64,000 nucleotides of DNA from Oculina patagonica (lineage: Eukaryota). The notes below the pieces were generated by a model that saw only the letters and a program-made list of their open reading frames with translations, was not told the DNA's origin and searched no databases. Numbering within the stretch: position 1 is the stretch's first letter; every line of letters begins with the position of its first letter. The stretch lies in contig NC_135760.1 in assembly GCF_052425735.1 (NCBI RefSeq), positions 8,990,001 through 9,054,000 on the forward strand. The letters run 5' to 3'. Positions 46,836 to 61,800 of this stretch are shown here, in pieces. Made by a program: the position numbers and the translations under genes.

Positions 46836-49800
46836 CTAGCTTGCTCCAGAGGTCAGCATTTCAAAGCAGACATCACAGACTCGTACGGGTTTAGTTAATT
46901 CGTATTTTATGATGGGGATCTGTTTGGATGAGCACTTGGCACAAAGCAGGCGACCACAATGGCGACTGAAAAAAAAAAGAAAGGAAAAAAAAATGTCAGA
47001 AAGAAAAAGCAAAACAAAATCGAGAAGATAGTTGACTTTAATATCCCAACGGAACTCGAATCTAAAGAGTTAAAAGAGTATTACATGTGCATCTAGTTAA
47101 AAAACATTTAAATTTTGGTTGCGACTGACATCAGTTTTCTATACTTTTTTTTTTTTTTTTTTTTTTCAAAATCACCCCCCCCCCCCCTCCCGCCACCCCC
47201 GCAAAAAATTTCGCTAAACATTTCTTCCAGCCTTCAATGGTCACTACACCATCGGAGGTTATAATTTTAATTTTCCCTGACTTCTTTTCTTCAATATTTC
47301 AATTTTCCCTAGACTCAAAATAAAATTACGCTGAGCTTTTCCCTGACGCTTGCATAATTTCTATTTTAGGGTGCCTGGATGTTCTTAGCGTTTGACTTAC
47401 CAGTGATGTTTTCTAGTTTTGACGGAGAATTTGATAGAGCATTCATGACACACAGCTCCGTCAATCCACTGCGGTTCAGCGCTCAGCATATCTACAAAAA
47501 TACAATCCAAACATAAATCAATCAAGGATGGTTTCACAGTCATAACAGTGATCACTGACCACCATTGAATTTCTCATTAAAATGTCAGTACAAAGCCATA
47601 CATGTGAGGAGAAAAATAAACCAACAGATCATAATTGTCTTAATTTATAATCAAATTTTCTCAACCCCGGCTTGAAAGAGTGACCTTTGCAGTCATGTAA
47701 CTTGGCGGGAAAGGAATTACTTAAACAACCAAATAAACCACAAGCAGTCCGTGTTTTTCTTCATAAGTCGCCAACGGGAAGACAAAAAAAGCGCATGCAA
47801 GAAAAAAAATCTCCCCCCTCCCTCCCCGAAACACCTCTCTCCTCTCTACTTGCAAACAGATTTCGCGCGGGCATAGTTTTCTCTCCCTATTTCTAGTTCG
47901 GCGATCCACCAGGCCGGGAAAAAATAACCACATTAACTACTTACCAAGCAGTGTGTACAGAAGTTTCTTTGTCGGTACTTGCGCGTTAAATATCGACACG
48001 CCATGTCTGTTAATAGTGGCCAGGCTCCCTCCCGCCTTCAGCAACTCACGGCATAATCGAGCCGCGCCGTTGGTGTATGCAAGAAATAACGCTGGGAACA
48101 AAACGAAGAGGATGTCACGATCGCTGCAAGTGGGCATGTTACATGTAATACTACTGATTTACGTTTGCTTAGTTTACAATTCGTTCACGGAACTCCTGGA
48201 ACGTTGTAGTAAACAATCAGGGCACAGTCGTTACCCTTCTGGCCAATCAGGTTAAAACATTCGCGATTTAGGCCATGTATATATTTTTTTCCCATTTCCC
48301 GCGCTTTGGCACAGGTTACAATTTTATAGCTTCACTATCAATACGAGTGTTGGCCTGAGCCGAGAGTATCCGACACAATAAATTGATGTTGCTTTCAGAA
48401 TATCATCTTACGTTACTTTTACATGTTCACTATTGTTTTTTTCTAATTCTAATAAAAACTGATCCGTTGTCTCTCTCTACTGAAATCACCACACCATTCA
48501 GCGCTCTTTCCAGCAGCCCGTCCCGCGATATTAGTTTCAGCTTATTGTGTTCGGCCAAATAATGCCCGATTCCCTCTATGGCGCGCGCCTGCAGGGAATC
48601 TTGGTAGTTGTATTCATCGTTGCTTAGTCTCGCCATAGTTACTATAGCCTCGCGCATGGTTTGATGAATACAACTACCATGATTCCCTGCAGGCGCGTGC
48701 CATAGAGGGAATCGGGCATTCCATAAACGCTCACGCAGATACTCTTGGCCTCCAAGGCCATCACTATTTTTTAAAGGGGGCTATTTTTCCTTTGAGAAAA
48801 AGTGATGGAGTTCAAAAACTCATGGAATTGAACTCACCGATATTCTCGTCCGCATCAAGGGCGTTGATTGGATAATCAGGCATTGACTGGCGAAACAACT
48901 CAAATATGGCCACCGCGTTGTCTTTAGCGTATTGCGCTAGAATGTGAAGTGGATTCTGGCCCCTAAATACACATTTAGAACACAAACGAAATTATTACAA
49001 AATTGTATCAAAGAGTCATTGTAACTCTATACCATAGGCGTACGCGGCGGGGGGGGGGGGGGGGGGGGCGAGGGGGGCTGCAGTGCCGAAATTTTTCGGG
49101 CAACAAGCCTAGAGAAAGAATAGAAAATAAGCCGACAAATCTCAACATTACGTTCGAAACGAATTACATCTATAGAAAAAACGTATTGAAAATATACTGA
49201 ATTTTGTGGTTCAAAAGTCCAAATTTCTCATTCATCTGTTTTCGTTCATGTATCGTTTCATCTGTTTATGTATCGTTTTCTCTTGCAAATTGCTATAATC
49301 ATGGTCAATTTCTCGCGCAAATTTTGCGTGATCCCTCAGTTTGATTTAATTGCAATCACCTTTTCCATAGCTTGCGGACTTTGAGAAAGTCTATTTTTTT
49401 TTCGGGCAATAAGGTGTCCGCCCCCCCCCCCCCCCCCTCAGGTCCGAAGGTGCCCGTACGCCTATGCACTATACAACCTTACTTAAAGGGACTGTGTCAC
49501 GGTTTTTTTTATACCAAATTTAGGCATGGAAAATAACCATCAAATTCGGTGAACTAAAGAATTAACCTCTTTAAACAATGAAGAGATATCTCAGTGACAC
49601 AATAAATACATGAGAAGGTACGGATGGCCAAAAGTAACGAAGATTGAAACGGATTTCTATATGGGTTTTTAAAATGTTGGGCTGAACAGTTTTCAAAGTT
49701 AATCTCGTTTGTTTGTAACTTTAAATAATAACGCCCAGAAGACATATTTGGTTGCAATGAAGCTATGGTTTTGTCATTTAGATCCTGATAGAAGTAATTT

Positions 49801-52800
49801 CTTTGCAAACATTAAGTTTCATAGCGAGTATTTGGTGAAATTTAATGAAATAAACTTAACTCAGCCGTGACACAGTCCCTTTGATTAAATAATATATGAA
49901 AAATTTTACGTTTTGATGCACTAAGCTGATTTTCAATACTTATTGTTAAACTAGAGGGGTTCATTTGAGTGTTGAAAGTAAATTTTGTTTTTTTTTTTTT
50001 TTTTTTTTTATTTTTCTTGGTTGTCTTAAAAAAATCGCGCCACTGTCTCAGCCAATCAGAACTAAAACCAAAACCAATCCTGACTCGCTCGCACACGTTT
50101 TCTCGCGCTTTGTGCCAGCTACATGTATTTGCTTCGAGTTTTGATTGGTTCACTGGATTGTCGGTGTCCTTTGTGATTGGCCAGAGTCATTACCTTGGTT
50201 TTGGTTTTACGACACTCAATTGAAAACTGCTCTAATACTATTATACCATGTTTATATTTGACTTGAGGACATGAATACGGCCTAAAGGAAATCCACACAA
50301 ATACTGCTTCTAGTACTCACCGCGCATTGTAAGCTTCTGCATTTATTGATGACTCAGTGAGTAGCACACGAACAGCCTCCACGTGACCACACTGCACTGC
50401 CACGTGCAGAGCTGAAATGTAACAGTAGTACATTGATGTGAGCGACCGGGAAATGTTCAAGATCCGAAAGTTTGAGTCCAGTAATCTCAGAAAACTGTTC
50501 AAAGATCGTGTAAAATAACTTTTCATCCTAGCCGTCAAGTTTCCACAGTTAACTGAACAATCAGTGTATAGGATAATAAATTACTTTTTGTTTACAAACT
50601 CGTTTTACTGTTGTATTTTTGGGTAAAGCTCCTAACTTTATAAGGGAGGCGCCGTGGCCTAATAGCTATCGCATCGGACTTGAATCAAGCCGGGTCCGCG
50701 TTTGAGTTAGACTCGATTTCCGCCGCCTTCTCGAGTCCGGCCTTTGAGGAGCGCGGGCTCATTTTCCCGGAAAGCAGCTGGAAATCGAGCCTAGGTTTGA
50801 GCAAGGCCTGGGATCGAAAAAAATCCCACTTTGCCGTTCGGACAAGCAGGTCTCAAAGTTTGCCTGCCCAAGGCAGTTGCAACTTTTTTACAGTTAGTAG
50901 GCAGATGACTTGCCATGGCTCTGGCCCATTTTCCATCGGGCAAGTGAGCATAAAAAGTTGCCTGTCCAACAGGAAAATCTACTTGTCCCCAACGACCGGA
51001 CGGCACTTTTTTCGAGCCCTGCAAGTCCTTGCTAGGGCCATTGCGTTGTTTTCTTGGGCAAGACACTAACTGTCACAGCGCAACTCTCCACGCAGAGTAA
51101 ATGGATATCAGTGAACTGTTAGGGAACCCTGACAAAATGCTAGGGAGGGGGAAACCTGTGATGGAATAGCATCTTGTTTTCCAAAGGGAGTGGCCAACGG
51201 ACGTTACCTAGTAACTTTTCACATACATGTAGCCTTTATATGGGCGCTTTAAAAATTCCATACCGCTGTTTTTAAACCTCATAAGAATCCATACCGTGTA
51301 AACCCATAAGAATTCCATACCGTTGTTTTTAAACCTCATAAGAATTCCATACCTTTGTTTTTAAACCTCATAAGAATTCCATACCGTTGTTTTTAAACCT
51401 CATAAGAATTCCATACCGTTGTTTCCTCTCTCATCTACAGCGTCTGGATCAATTCCGTTTTCCAGCAGGACGCTTATGATGGACGCTCTGTTGTTAGCAG
51501 CCGCCATGTGCAACGCTGTTTGACGATGCTTGTCTGGATCATTCACTCGACTGCCGGCGAGAAGCTTAAAGACAAATTAAAATATATCATAAGAGGCCAG
51601 AACGTAGACAAAGAAAGTCAGACAAAGATTTTGTCAGAAGCCCATTTGTGAAGGTACCTATCTTTTCAGAAGATCGCTACAAATCACCGTTGGGAAATAA
51701 TAGACTAGTCTGTAGTGAACTACACATGTTTATTTTCATTATTTCTAAGTTCTTAACTTGAAATTGGCAGAGCAGCAGGTTTTAATTGGTAAATTTACGG
51801 CCACACAACAAACAGGAATGATTTCCGAGCATTATAAAGACATTACATTGTACAAGCTGAGATAAGCTTGAAATAAGCGGCCTGACGTTTCTCAAGTTTA
51901 CCCAAATGCAACCCGCTCTAATCTTCTCCAGTTTTGTCCAACCATGCGCCTTCTTGGCTTTTTTTGTGTTTCTTTTGAGTTCTTTTACAGCTTTAAAGGG
52001 GCTTTGATACGGATTTTAACAGAGTTTCGAACAACCAAAATTTATATTTGTGTCGCAGGAAACCTACAAATAATGGTCAATTTTTTTTTAGCAATTGCTA
52101 CAATGTATATTAGAGCACTGAAACTGTTAACAAGCGTCTCTGGCTGCGGATGACTAGCATGGAAGTGGATTATAACTTCAAAGATTGAGGCTAAACTTTT
52201 CAAGTTGTTTTCGCGCGTCTTCAAAAAATCGATACCTTCAGGTGTTCAAAGATAATGCTTTGCATGAGAAAAGTTGCCTACCATTAATTTCTGAACAGTT
52301 TGAACCAAACATCTGAGAAATCCCTTGAAGTAGCATAAACAACACTTTGTACTGAAAGTAAATTATCAAAGCCTTACCAAGTGTCTGACAATAATTTCTG
52401 AGCCTGCACTAACAGCTAAGTGCAGCGGAGTCCTGTGAGAAGAGTCCTGGATTCTAGAATTGACATTGGCAGACACGCCAATAAGAAACAACACGGTCTC
52501 GACGTCAACGTTTTGGATCGCCAAGTGAAGGAAGTTACGACCCTTAGAGTCGAACTGGAAATTAAAGAAATAAGTATTCATTTAATAGGACAGGGCATAT
52601 TTTGTTAGTAAGCTAAAAATGTAAAATTTCAATAATAAGACTTGCTTAACACTGAAATGTACCACACTGTTGTTACTTCATTAAGCCCCGGTTAAACGAT
52701 CAAACATTTTCGTCCAACATCACGTTGGAACAGCATGTTTGACCGTTTAGCCACCTCACTCAAAATTGCATTTAATGGTTTCCCATCAAACGTTTTCATC

Positions 52801-55800
52801 CAACATTCAACTTCAAAAAATGTTTGATCGTTTAACCAGCTCTGCAAACAAAGCAATCCCAAGTGGGAAAAAGCAATCAATGAGAAACCGAATCTGTGTG
52901 AATCTGATGTATGCTTTAATTTAACTTCAGCGGTATTACGCAGAGAGCGTTGTGTGGGCTCACTTTGTTCAATGTTTGATCAAACACTGTTTGCTCGTTA
53001 AGCCACCCATGTTGTGTGGGACAAACGCGATTAAGTAAGTAAAGAAGCTTCTCACATCACGCGGTGATGGCCTTTTCCCTAGATCGACCCCTCCCCTCCC
53101 CACCCCCAACCATCGCCCTGTAGAAGTGTGAGATTTTAACCTTCTATAAACGGACAACAAGGGGTAGAGCTTGGTGCCCGTATTATGGAAGTGTCCGTAT
53201 TCAAGAGGTACAGATTACATATGAACTATAGTTTCTCAGGGACCAGTTAAATGTCCGTAATATAGAAGATTTGGTATTATGAAGGTTTACGTAAAAAAAG
53301 GTTCGACTTCACTTCCGTCACCTGTTCAGCGGCTCCTGGTTCACGTGCCAAAATAGCTGCCGCCGCCTCGTGATCACGTGTTTTCAAGGCAACAGCGAAT
53401 GGCGTCTGGCCAGAGCGGTCCGTGACGTTCATGTTGAGTTCCGGATGGCTGAGCAGTAGCCTGGTAACGATAGGATGTTTGCTAGTGATGGCGATGTGGA
53501 TTGGGCTGCGACTCTCAGAGTCCTGCAATAGATCAAGATGATAATTGTAAGAACTTTTCATGCCAAAGGTTTGTTCATAAGCTTGATCAAAGTGGAAGCA
53601 AGTGAGTAAACGCAAACAGAGCGATTTTCGATTTAGTGTCGTAAAACCAAAACCAAAGTAATCACTCTGGCCAATCAAAAAGGTTGTTACACAAACAATC
53701 CAGTGAACCAATCATAACTCGAAGCAATCACATGTAGCCAGCATGAAGCGCGGGAAAACGTGCGTGAGCGAGTCACGATTCGTTTGGTTTTGGTGTTACT
53801 TCTGATTGGTTGATAAAGTGGCTCGCGGTTTTTTAAACCAAACACTTTTAAAACAAAACAAACGCGATTTACTTTCGACACACACTTGAAGTGAAAACCG
53901 CTCTATGTGCAAAACGGGATCGCCACTCGACGCAAATCTCTCAGGGCTTGAAACTAAAACCTTCGCATAATTCTATGACATACCTTGCTGTTGACGTTCA
54001 CTTTATGCTCGAGTAATGTTTGTAACACATTATCCAAACCACCATCACAAGCCAAGTGAAGAGGAGTCATTCCATCCCAGGCTTCTACACCACCCTCGCC
54101 ATCTGGGCCAGGACGCCGGGGACTGTGAAAGAACATTTTGTCAGCGAGGTTAGGAGAGACAACTTTAATTCATTCAGAAAAACGACAACCTCTTCAACTT
54201 GTCAGTTTTTTTTGAGTCTACCTGTTGATGTCACAACCACTTCGAATAAGAAAACACGCGGATGGTTCGTCTCGTTCAGCGATGGCACGATGGAGTAGGG
54301 ATTGGGTACAACCATTAGGGCCCAGATTCCATGCGTCTGTGTCGCAGCCGTACAAAACCTAATAGGAAATTGTGACATTTATTATGTACATAAGCACTAG
54401 CTCTTCAATTAACATGAAAAGCAAACTACTCAAAGAGCAACTACGATTTAATGTTGAAAGGGACGGCACATGCGCCTTTTTGTACGGTAGACCTTTTCTA
54501 ACTGCACCATGAGACATTGTCGACTGGCAAATGCTTTCTCTCGAGTTTACACTCACAGACGGTTTGAATAAAGTAGAGAAACACAAACCACAACAGAAAA
54601 TAGCTCCGATTGTAACGAATTTTAAATTTATCTGACCTTGTATGCATGTTGTTTGTAACGGGCTTCAGAAGACGGGCTCAATATCATTTCCGTAAAGCAT
54701 ACTTAAGGTTACTCCCCTCCCCACCCCCCCCCCCCCCAAAAAAAAGGGTGCTTCCTACAACACATTTTGACAAAGAAATTGGGCTTAAAATGTCCTACTT
54801 TGACCACGCCCACTTAAGCTGACCAAGGTCTCGGGGACTGTTGTTTTAAACAAGTTAAAAACCTCTTTTCTTCGATGCATCAGGATTCGTTCACATATAG
54901 ATATTATTTTCATTTTACCATTTGTTTAACTCACCAAGGTGGAGGCGACATCTTGTTGTCCACTCTTAAGCGCCACCCATAATGGACAGTTGTTCTTCTC
55001 ATCACAGCTGTTTAAGTCCGCTCCTTTCTTACAAAGCGCGTCTACGACTGGCTGCAGTCGACACTGGATTGCTAACTGGAGAGGCGTCTTGTTCTCTTTG
55101 GTCCTGAAAGAAAAATCACGCGTCGATGACAAGTGATTCAGCCCAAGTCAGGGTTGGACGTTTTACTTTTTAGGTGTGTTTGGCAGTTGCTTAAAAAAAC
55201 AATTCCTGAACAGGAAAAACAGAGGGGAAATTCGTGCAAAGCGACGTACTAAAAAGAACTTTAATCAAAAATGTACAATCCAATAGAAAAATCTTGTGCA
55301 ACTTCAGGCTCAGAAAAATTGCCTACCTCCCACCCCCTCAAAAATATAATGGTCCATCATTTAGGCAAGTTCACGATTTCTTTGTAACGCACCATAGCGT
55401 GACAAAAACGGGCAAGGCTGGTCTAAGGGAAGGACCATTTTATTTTATTTATTTATTTGTTTATTTTGTGGGGGCCGGGGAGGGGGGGGAGAAAAAAAAA
55501 AAAAATGTTTTGTCAAACACATAAATAAAGTTAAACAAAGGAAATCATAACTGTGAAGGAGGTTTTGATATCAAACACTCGAGACAGTGTTTAATTCGGA
55601 TATCCAAACACCTCGAATTTCGTCAAAATCAACTCTCTTCTCGGTGTTTGGATATCCCTGATGGTTTTTTTTTTTAGAAGATATTTTTAGTTTTTTTTTT
55701 GTAGAATNNNNNNNNNNNNNNNNNNNNNNNNNNNNNNNNNNNNNNNNNNNNNNNNNNNNNNNNNNNNNNNNNNNNNNNNNNNNNNNNNNNNNNNNNNNNN

Positions 55801-58800
55801 NNNNNNNNNNNNNNNNNNNNNNNNNNNNNNNNNNNNATATTACGTCAAAGATAAATATAATCAGCTTGAGACAATGGTGTGACATACTTGTTATTGATAT
55901 CTGCTCCGTGCTCCAGTAGGAACAGTGCACTGGCGTTATCTCCCCTCCTCACCGACTTGTGCAGCAGTGTCAGACCCTTGGTCGTCTGTACCTCTATACT
56001 TGCTCCTGCCTCTAGCAGTCTGCTGGCTACCGACATCTGTCCTGTACACAGGGCTAGTTCCAACGGGGTCTGATCCTCGCTGTCTGACAAGTTGAAGTCT
56101 GGTACGATGGGAAGGCGACCGCCCCTGCCTAGACTACCTGGAAGGTGCATAATATGTTACTTATTTAACGATCGGTCCAACGCGATATTTTTGGGTCACA
56201 TACAAACTATCCTTTTTCCTGTTCCGCTTCTCAGAGCATCCAATTCAAAATTGAAAATGAAATTTAAGCTGGTGCGAATAAAATCTGTCAGTTTTTACGG
56301 GGTGGGGGGCCTGAAGGGGTAAAATAGGAAGTGGGATTTGGGCAAACTTTCACTGGGAAAATGGGATTTGGTTCACGTGGACTGGAAATCGCAAAAAAAA
56401 ACAAAAACAAAAAAAACAATAGAACCGGACCTGGGATTAGAAAATCGGAAAAACAATAGGCTGGGAAATGGGATTAGGTTTATACCCCCCCCCCCCCCTC
56501 CCCTATCTTCAGGACCTCCTTTACGGGGTTGCCGTATCTATGGAGCTTATTAAAACGACTGAGCGCGCTTTCGTTTACGCCGAATGAATGTCTATGTAAT
56601 AACGAGTTTGCGCACTAACGAGGTAGCTGTATTCAAGAGTTTCTTAACTTCGGAGAAAAATGACTGAGTTTTTATTCGCAAAAGAGACAGTCGTAATTAC
56701 GAGGGGAACCGCAAGACGAGGATTTCACTGCAGATCATTAAAACTTTTCACATAATGTTCAAAATTTACACTATCACGCTTTAAACGGCTCATAGGCGAA
56801 TTCCGGGTCTAAAAAAATCCCCTGAATACCCCGCCCTGTTTCTCTAGAAAAACTTGCTAGGCGAAGAAAGAAAGAAAGGGTAACCGACCTTGAAAGTCAA
56901 TAAAACAGTTTACGACATCTTCATGCTTGTCGGCTACAGCAACATGTAACGGGGTTCGTCCATGGCAGTCGGTGATCACAGCTTTAAGGTAAGGATCTTG
57001 ATAGAGTTGGTAGTCTTCGATCAGCTTATGGATCATGTCTTCTGTCGGAGTCTGAGCCGCGTCCGAGTCAGCGGCTGCTCCCACTGAACTTGTAGCTTCA
57101 CTGGGAGAGGGGTCTGGTACTGAGCTGGTCTCTGACAAAAGACAGAAGGCAAAAAGGGTTGGTTAGGGTCGGCAAGGAGTGGGTAGGGCAGTTTTGATTT
57201 ACCTGACACAAGGTACATTAAAATAAAACGCAAGGTCTTGTGAATCACAAGTCAAAATACAATTGACAGCCATACTACACGCTTAAATGTCTATTTCGAA
57301 ATTTATTAACTAACATTTTCTTTTTTTTTTTTTTTAGTTTTCGAATAACTTTCAGACACTGAATCGTTGTTTGTATTGCGCGCAATCAGAGGGACCGAGG
57401 ACTGCAGTATCCTGTATAGTACTTAACAACTATCGAAGGATTTTTTGACTGAGAACCACAATCGCAACTATCAAAACGTTTCGAAACAATTATCTTTCAA
57501 TGTCATCACATAAAAAGGCTCGTCCAATCTCACCTATACTGGGCGCCTCCTCAAAAGGATTTCCACCGAACGATAAAGCAGAAGCGGCAGCTGAAGCAGC
57601 TCTGATGTCGTCTAGGAAAGGATTAGATCCGTCTTCATCAAAAGGATTCGTGCTATGTCCCAAGTCCGCTTCGAAGGAATTCATCTTATTTGAGGTGATG
57701 GCCGACACAGACGGTGCGACTTTCGCTTGAGGTGATGGTAACTTCTGTGCCTTCTTCTGACGTTCAGCTTCTTTTGCTTTCTCTGCAGCCTTGGCGGTTT
57801 GGATTTCCCAGAATTTTTCTGTGGCCTTTTGTCTGGCTTCTTTCTTGGCCGCATCCCTGGCTTGCATTCTTTCTGTGGCTTTTACTTTCATTTCTTCTGT
57901 TTCTGTGGTTTGGGCATTTGGATTCGCACCACTGTTAAAAAAAAAAACGAAAAGATATGATGAGTATTTTGCGTTATACTAGAAATATCTAATCGTATCT
58001 TTTTGGAACGCCTCGGGGCATATCTGGCGAATTTAGTCCGAGCCATGCAACATGCAGATCCTGCAACTAGAGTCAAGCGCAGGAAAACATGTAACCAGTG
58101 CCATGCGCGGGAAAACATGCATCCAGTGCCATGTATGTAGTACGATTCTTCAGTTTTTCTTCAGTTTTTCTTCAGTTTTTCTTCTTCTTAGAATTTAAGT
58201 GTAAATATTTTAACTTTAAATAGCTTAGATATATAATAATGTAAATAGTGTCCACAATTAGTTTTTTTTAAGCTAAATACTTCAGACACTTTAATAAAGT
58301 ATTTCATTCAAGCGCGGGAAAACATGCAACCAGTGCCATGCGCGGGAAAACATGCATCCAGTGCCAAGCGCGGGAAAACATTCAACTACTGTCAAACGAG
58401 CATAAGCCATAAAACGTGTGCATAAATTGGTTAGAGACTATAGAGTAGGTTGCACGGTTTTTTAAAGCCAATCGTAGAGCCAACAAACAAATAACCAAAG
58501 CAAACTACTTTCAACAGTCAATCAAAAACCGTTGTCTAAACAAGATGAAATGCTCTCACTACATTCCAAGTAAACTAACTTTACCTAGTGCAGTATGTAA
58601 CTTGTTTTCATGTTAAATTAAATTTGATTTTTCCAAACTTGTGGATGGGAGCTTACTTGTTAAGCAGTTCAGACACGAGTCTAGCCAGGCCCTTTCTTGC
58701 AGCAACGTGAAGTGGCATTTCGCCATGTTTGTTGGTGTGGTTTGGTTGGGCTCCATGCGACGCTAAAAACAGGCCAGCTTCCTCTCGACCAGACGCAGCC

Positions 58801-61800
58801 GCCATATGAAGCAAGGAATCACCTAAAAGAAAGGAATAGTTGTTTACGAAAACAATAAACTGCAATTCTGATTTCTTGGTCTTGGAGCTTCTGCTATCGT
58901 TAAGATTAAAAGACTGAAGCATTATTTATACACCATTGTGTCCTTGGCTAACTTATACCGCTTCTGTTAAATTTATTAGCTCAGAGTTATTTTTTAGTTC
59001 TCTTTGTAAACCGTTAACCACCGTTTATTTAACCGTAACTGAATTAGTGTCCTTTAGTTCGCTTTAAAAAGTACCTCCAGTTCTAAAATAAATATCCCTT
59101 TCAGCACTTTAAATGGCAATACATGTTTTTTTTTTCCGAGGTTAAACGCTTTTCCATTCAAACGCACAGTTCTGTGTGGTTTGGACAGAGCCTAACAGCA
59201 ACGCACTTGTGACAAATTTCCATCTGTAAACGTCACACATGCAATTTTCGCATTCTCGGCTTCCGAGTGCTGGTCTGGCTGAGATTCCGTTCTGTAGATC
59301 CTTTTGCCCTACAGTCTGGAGCTTGATACAATGAGCTAACCAGGTGATAGTGGGTCATTTTCAATATCAACAACAAACAAACAAACAACAACAGAGATGC
59401 CAGTCACCTGTAATATTGTTGATAGCGTCGGGACTCGCCCCATGCTTCACCAGCTTTGCCGCCAGGCTGTCTTCGTCCATTGGATCAACTCTTGTGTCAC
59501 GTGACAATGCCAGCCACAAAGGAACCCGCCCTTCATTGTCACGCAGCTCAAGATTGAGTCTGAAATTAATGGAAAACGCGATCAGTGACGAAAATTTAAC
59601 TTCTCCTTAAAACATCACTGCACACCGCGGTCGACTTCCAACCTATAAGCACCCTCATTATTACAGAATCCTCTATAATACGGATACCAGCTATTAGCAT
59701 AAGTCAGTGGATGGCTTTTGGCAAGCTTCCAGTCTGATCTGGTGCTAAAGAGCACCCACTATTGAGTGATAAAACGTCCTAAAAGTTTGCATGTTATTTT
59801 TTGTGTGTGCATTACGGCCGAAAAATATATTGTCTTGATGTTCACCAAATTCTCAGAATAACATTAAGTGAAATGATGGGAGTTGGTGAGGAGAATTAAC
59901 ATTTCCAATCATCTTACTTGGCTTTCTGTAGAAGAACACTAAGAACGGCATCATTCTGAGCTTCTATGGCTCTGTGTAAAGCAGTCCTGGAAAATGAATA
60001 GATGTTGCAGTCAATTTTTGATCTCAGTTATTTTGTTATTTTAACTATAGTTTTTTTTAACTACACTAGGTTAATACATAGAAAAAGTAAAACACCTCCC
60101 CACCCTTGATGTCTCATACAATGTTTAAGGCACGCACACACCTCCCTGCACTGTCCTGTGCATCAACATTGGCTCCATTTTCCAGGAGCAGAACTGCAAT
60201 CCTTGCCATGCCCTCTGATGATGTCATTGCTGAAGAATTGCTTGCTCCAATGGAAGCAGAAGAAGCTGACCAAGGCCTGCAGTATAAACAGAGCAACTGC
60301 TATCAAAGGGAGGCTAACACAAGGTTCCAAAAATAACAACACTTTTGCATATATGTGGTTTAACTTTTAAATCTGTGGATGAAACTCTAGTGTCCCACCA
60401 TTCAAATGAAAGTTATTGAGCAGTTCTTTGATGAGGCAATGTTTATTTTATATGCTGTACAAGGTGTTTCTAACATTTAAGTCTGTGGATGAAACCTATA
60501 GTGTGTGACCATTCAAATGAAAGCTATTGAGCAGTACTTTCATCCATGTGGTACTCTTTATTATAAATGCTGTACAAAGTGGTTCTTACTTTTAAGTCTG
60601 TTGATGAAACCCTAGTGTGTAACCATTCAAAAGAAAGCTATTGAGCAGTACTTTCATGTGGTACTGTTTATTATGCTGTACAATGCTGTTCTAACTTTTA
60701 AGTCTGTGAAAAAATAACCTAGTGTGTGACCATTCAAATGAAAGCTGCTGAGCAGTACTGTTTATAATGCTATTTATTATGTTTTCAATACTTTACAAAA
60801 AAAAATAACAACATTTTTTCCTCACTTATAAGAAGCAGTCAGATGAAGTGGTGTCACATGTTCACTGTGTGTTGCAGCACTGCCTCGTGCTCCATTCTTG
60901 ATTAAAAAGGTTGCAGAAAATTCATCTCCTTGAGTGATGGCCTTGTGTAATAAACACTTGCCATCAAAATCAGCCATGTTGACATCACAGCCATGACCGA
61001 CTAGAGTTTTAGCAATGCTCTCTTGCTTCTCTGTAAGTGCGATGTGAAGAGGGACCTGCCCACTGGAAGGCTCCAACTCATTCAGTTTACCAGGTAGCTA
61101 GTAACGGTATTACACATAATAAAATTTAATATGTTAATCATCAAAATAAAATAGACCTTTCCTGCATTCCTTTCAGTGTGTACGCACAATAGCACCCTAA
61201 CCTTGGCGCAGTGCCACATTTGTTAGAATGTGGAAGGTCTTAAAAATTAAATAAGTGACTGATAGTAACGTAATAAATATATAACAACAGTCAAAGCTCT
61301 CACTCTCATCCTCATCGAGCCCATGAGGACTCTTGAGGCCAGAGTCAAATCTCTACCACTTTGGAAATTCAAAACAGTTGTCGTTACTAAAGCTGATAGT
61401 TAACAAGAATGTGCTTTAACTTGTAAGTGACATCACTTTTGTAGCATTAAGGTAGTACCCGCTGCCCTGCCAGGGAGAATGCTGTCAAACATACTTATCT
61501 TAATTGAGTATATTTCATATCCTTTTTGTAATGTAATGTAAATGTAAATGTTGTTTATAGTGGTCATGCACTTAGCTTCATATCTCAACGAGATAGCTAG
61601 TTTACAGGCAGCCACTGAAACAGAGGAAACAAATATTTTCAATGAAAATAACAAGGTTAAAAATCCCAACTGGCAGGAGGCAGACCAGTTGGCTATGTAC
61701 AAAGGTGATCGAGGATTTGAGCTCGGGACAACCGAGAAACAAATCCAGCTGGTGGCAAGGTTGACATGGTTGTGTTATTACCTGTGAGTTAAATTCTATC

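Noticed and set aside
51251-51424. CRISPR-like spacing of ~32-bp repeats
   Set aside because: The units are contiguous with no unique spacers, there are no cas genes, and the context is a eukaryotic intron.
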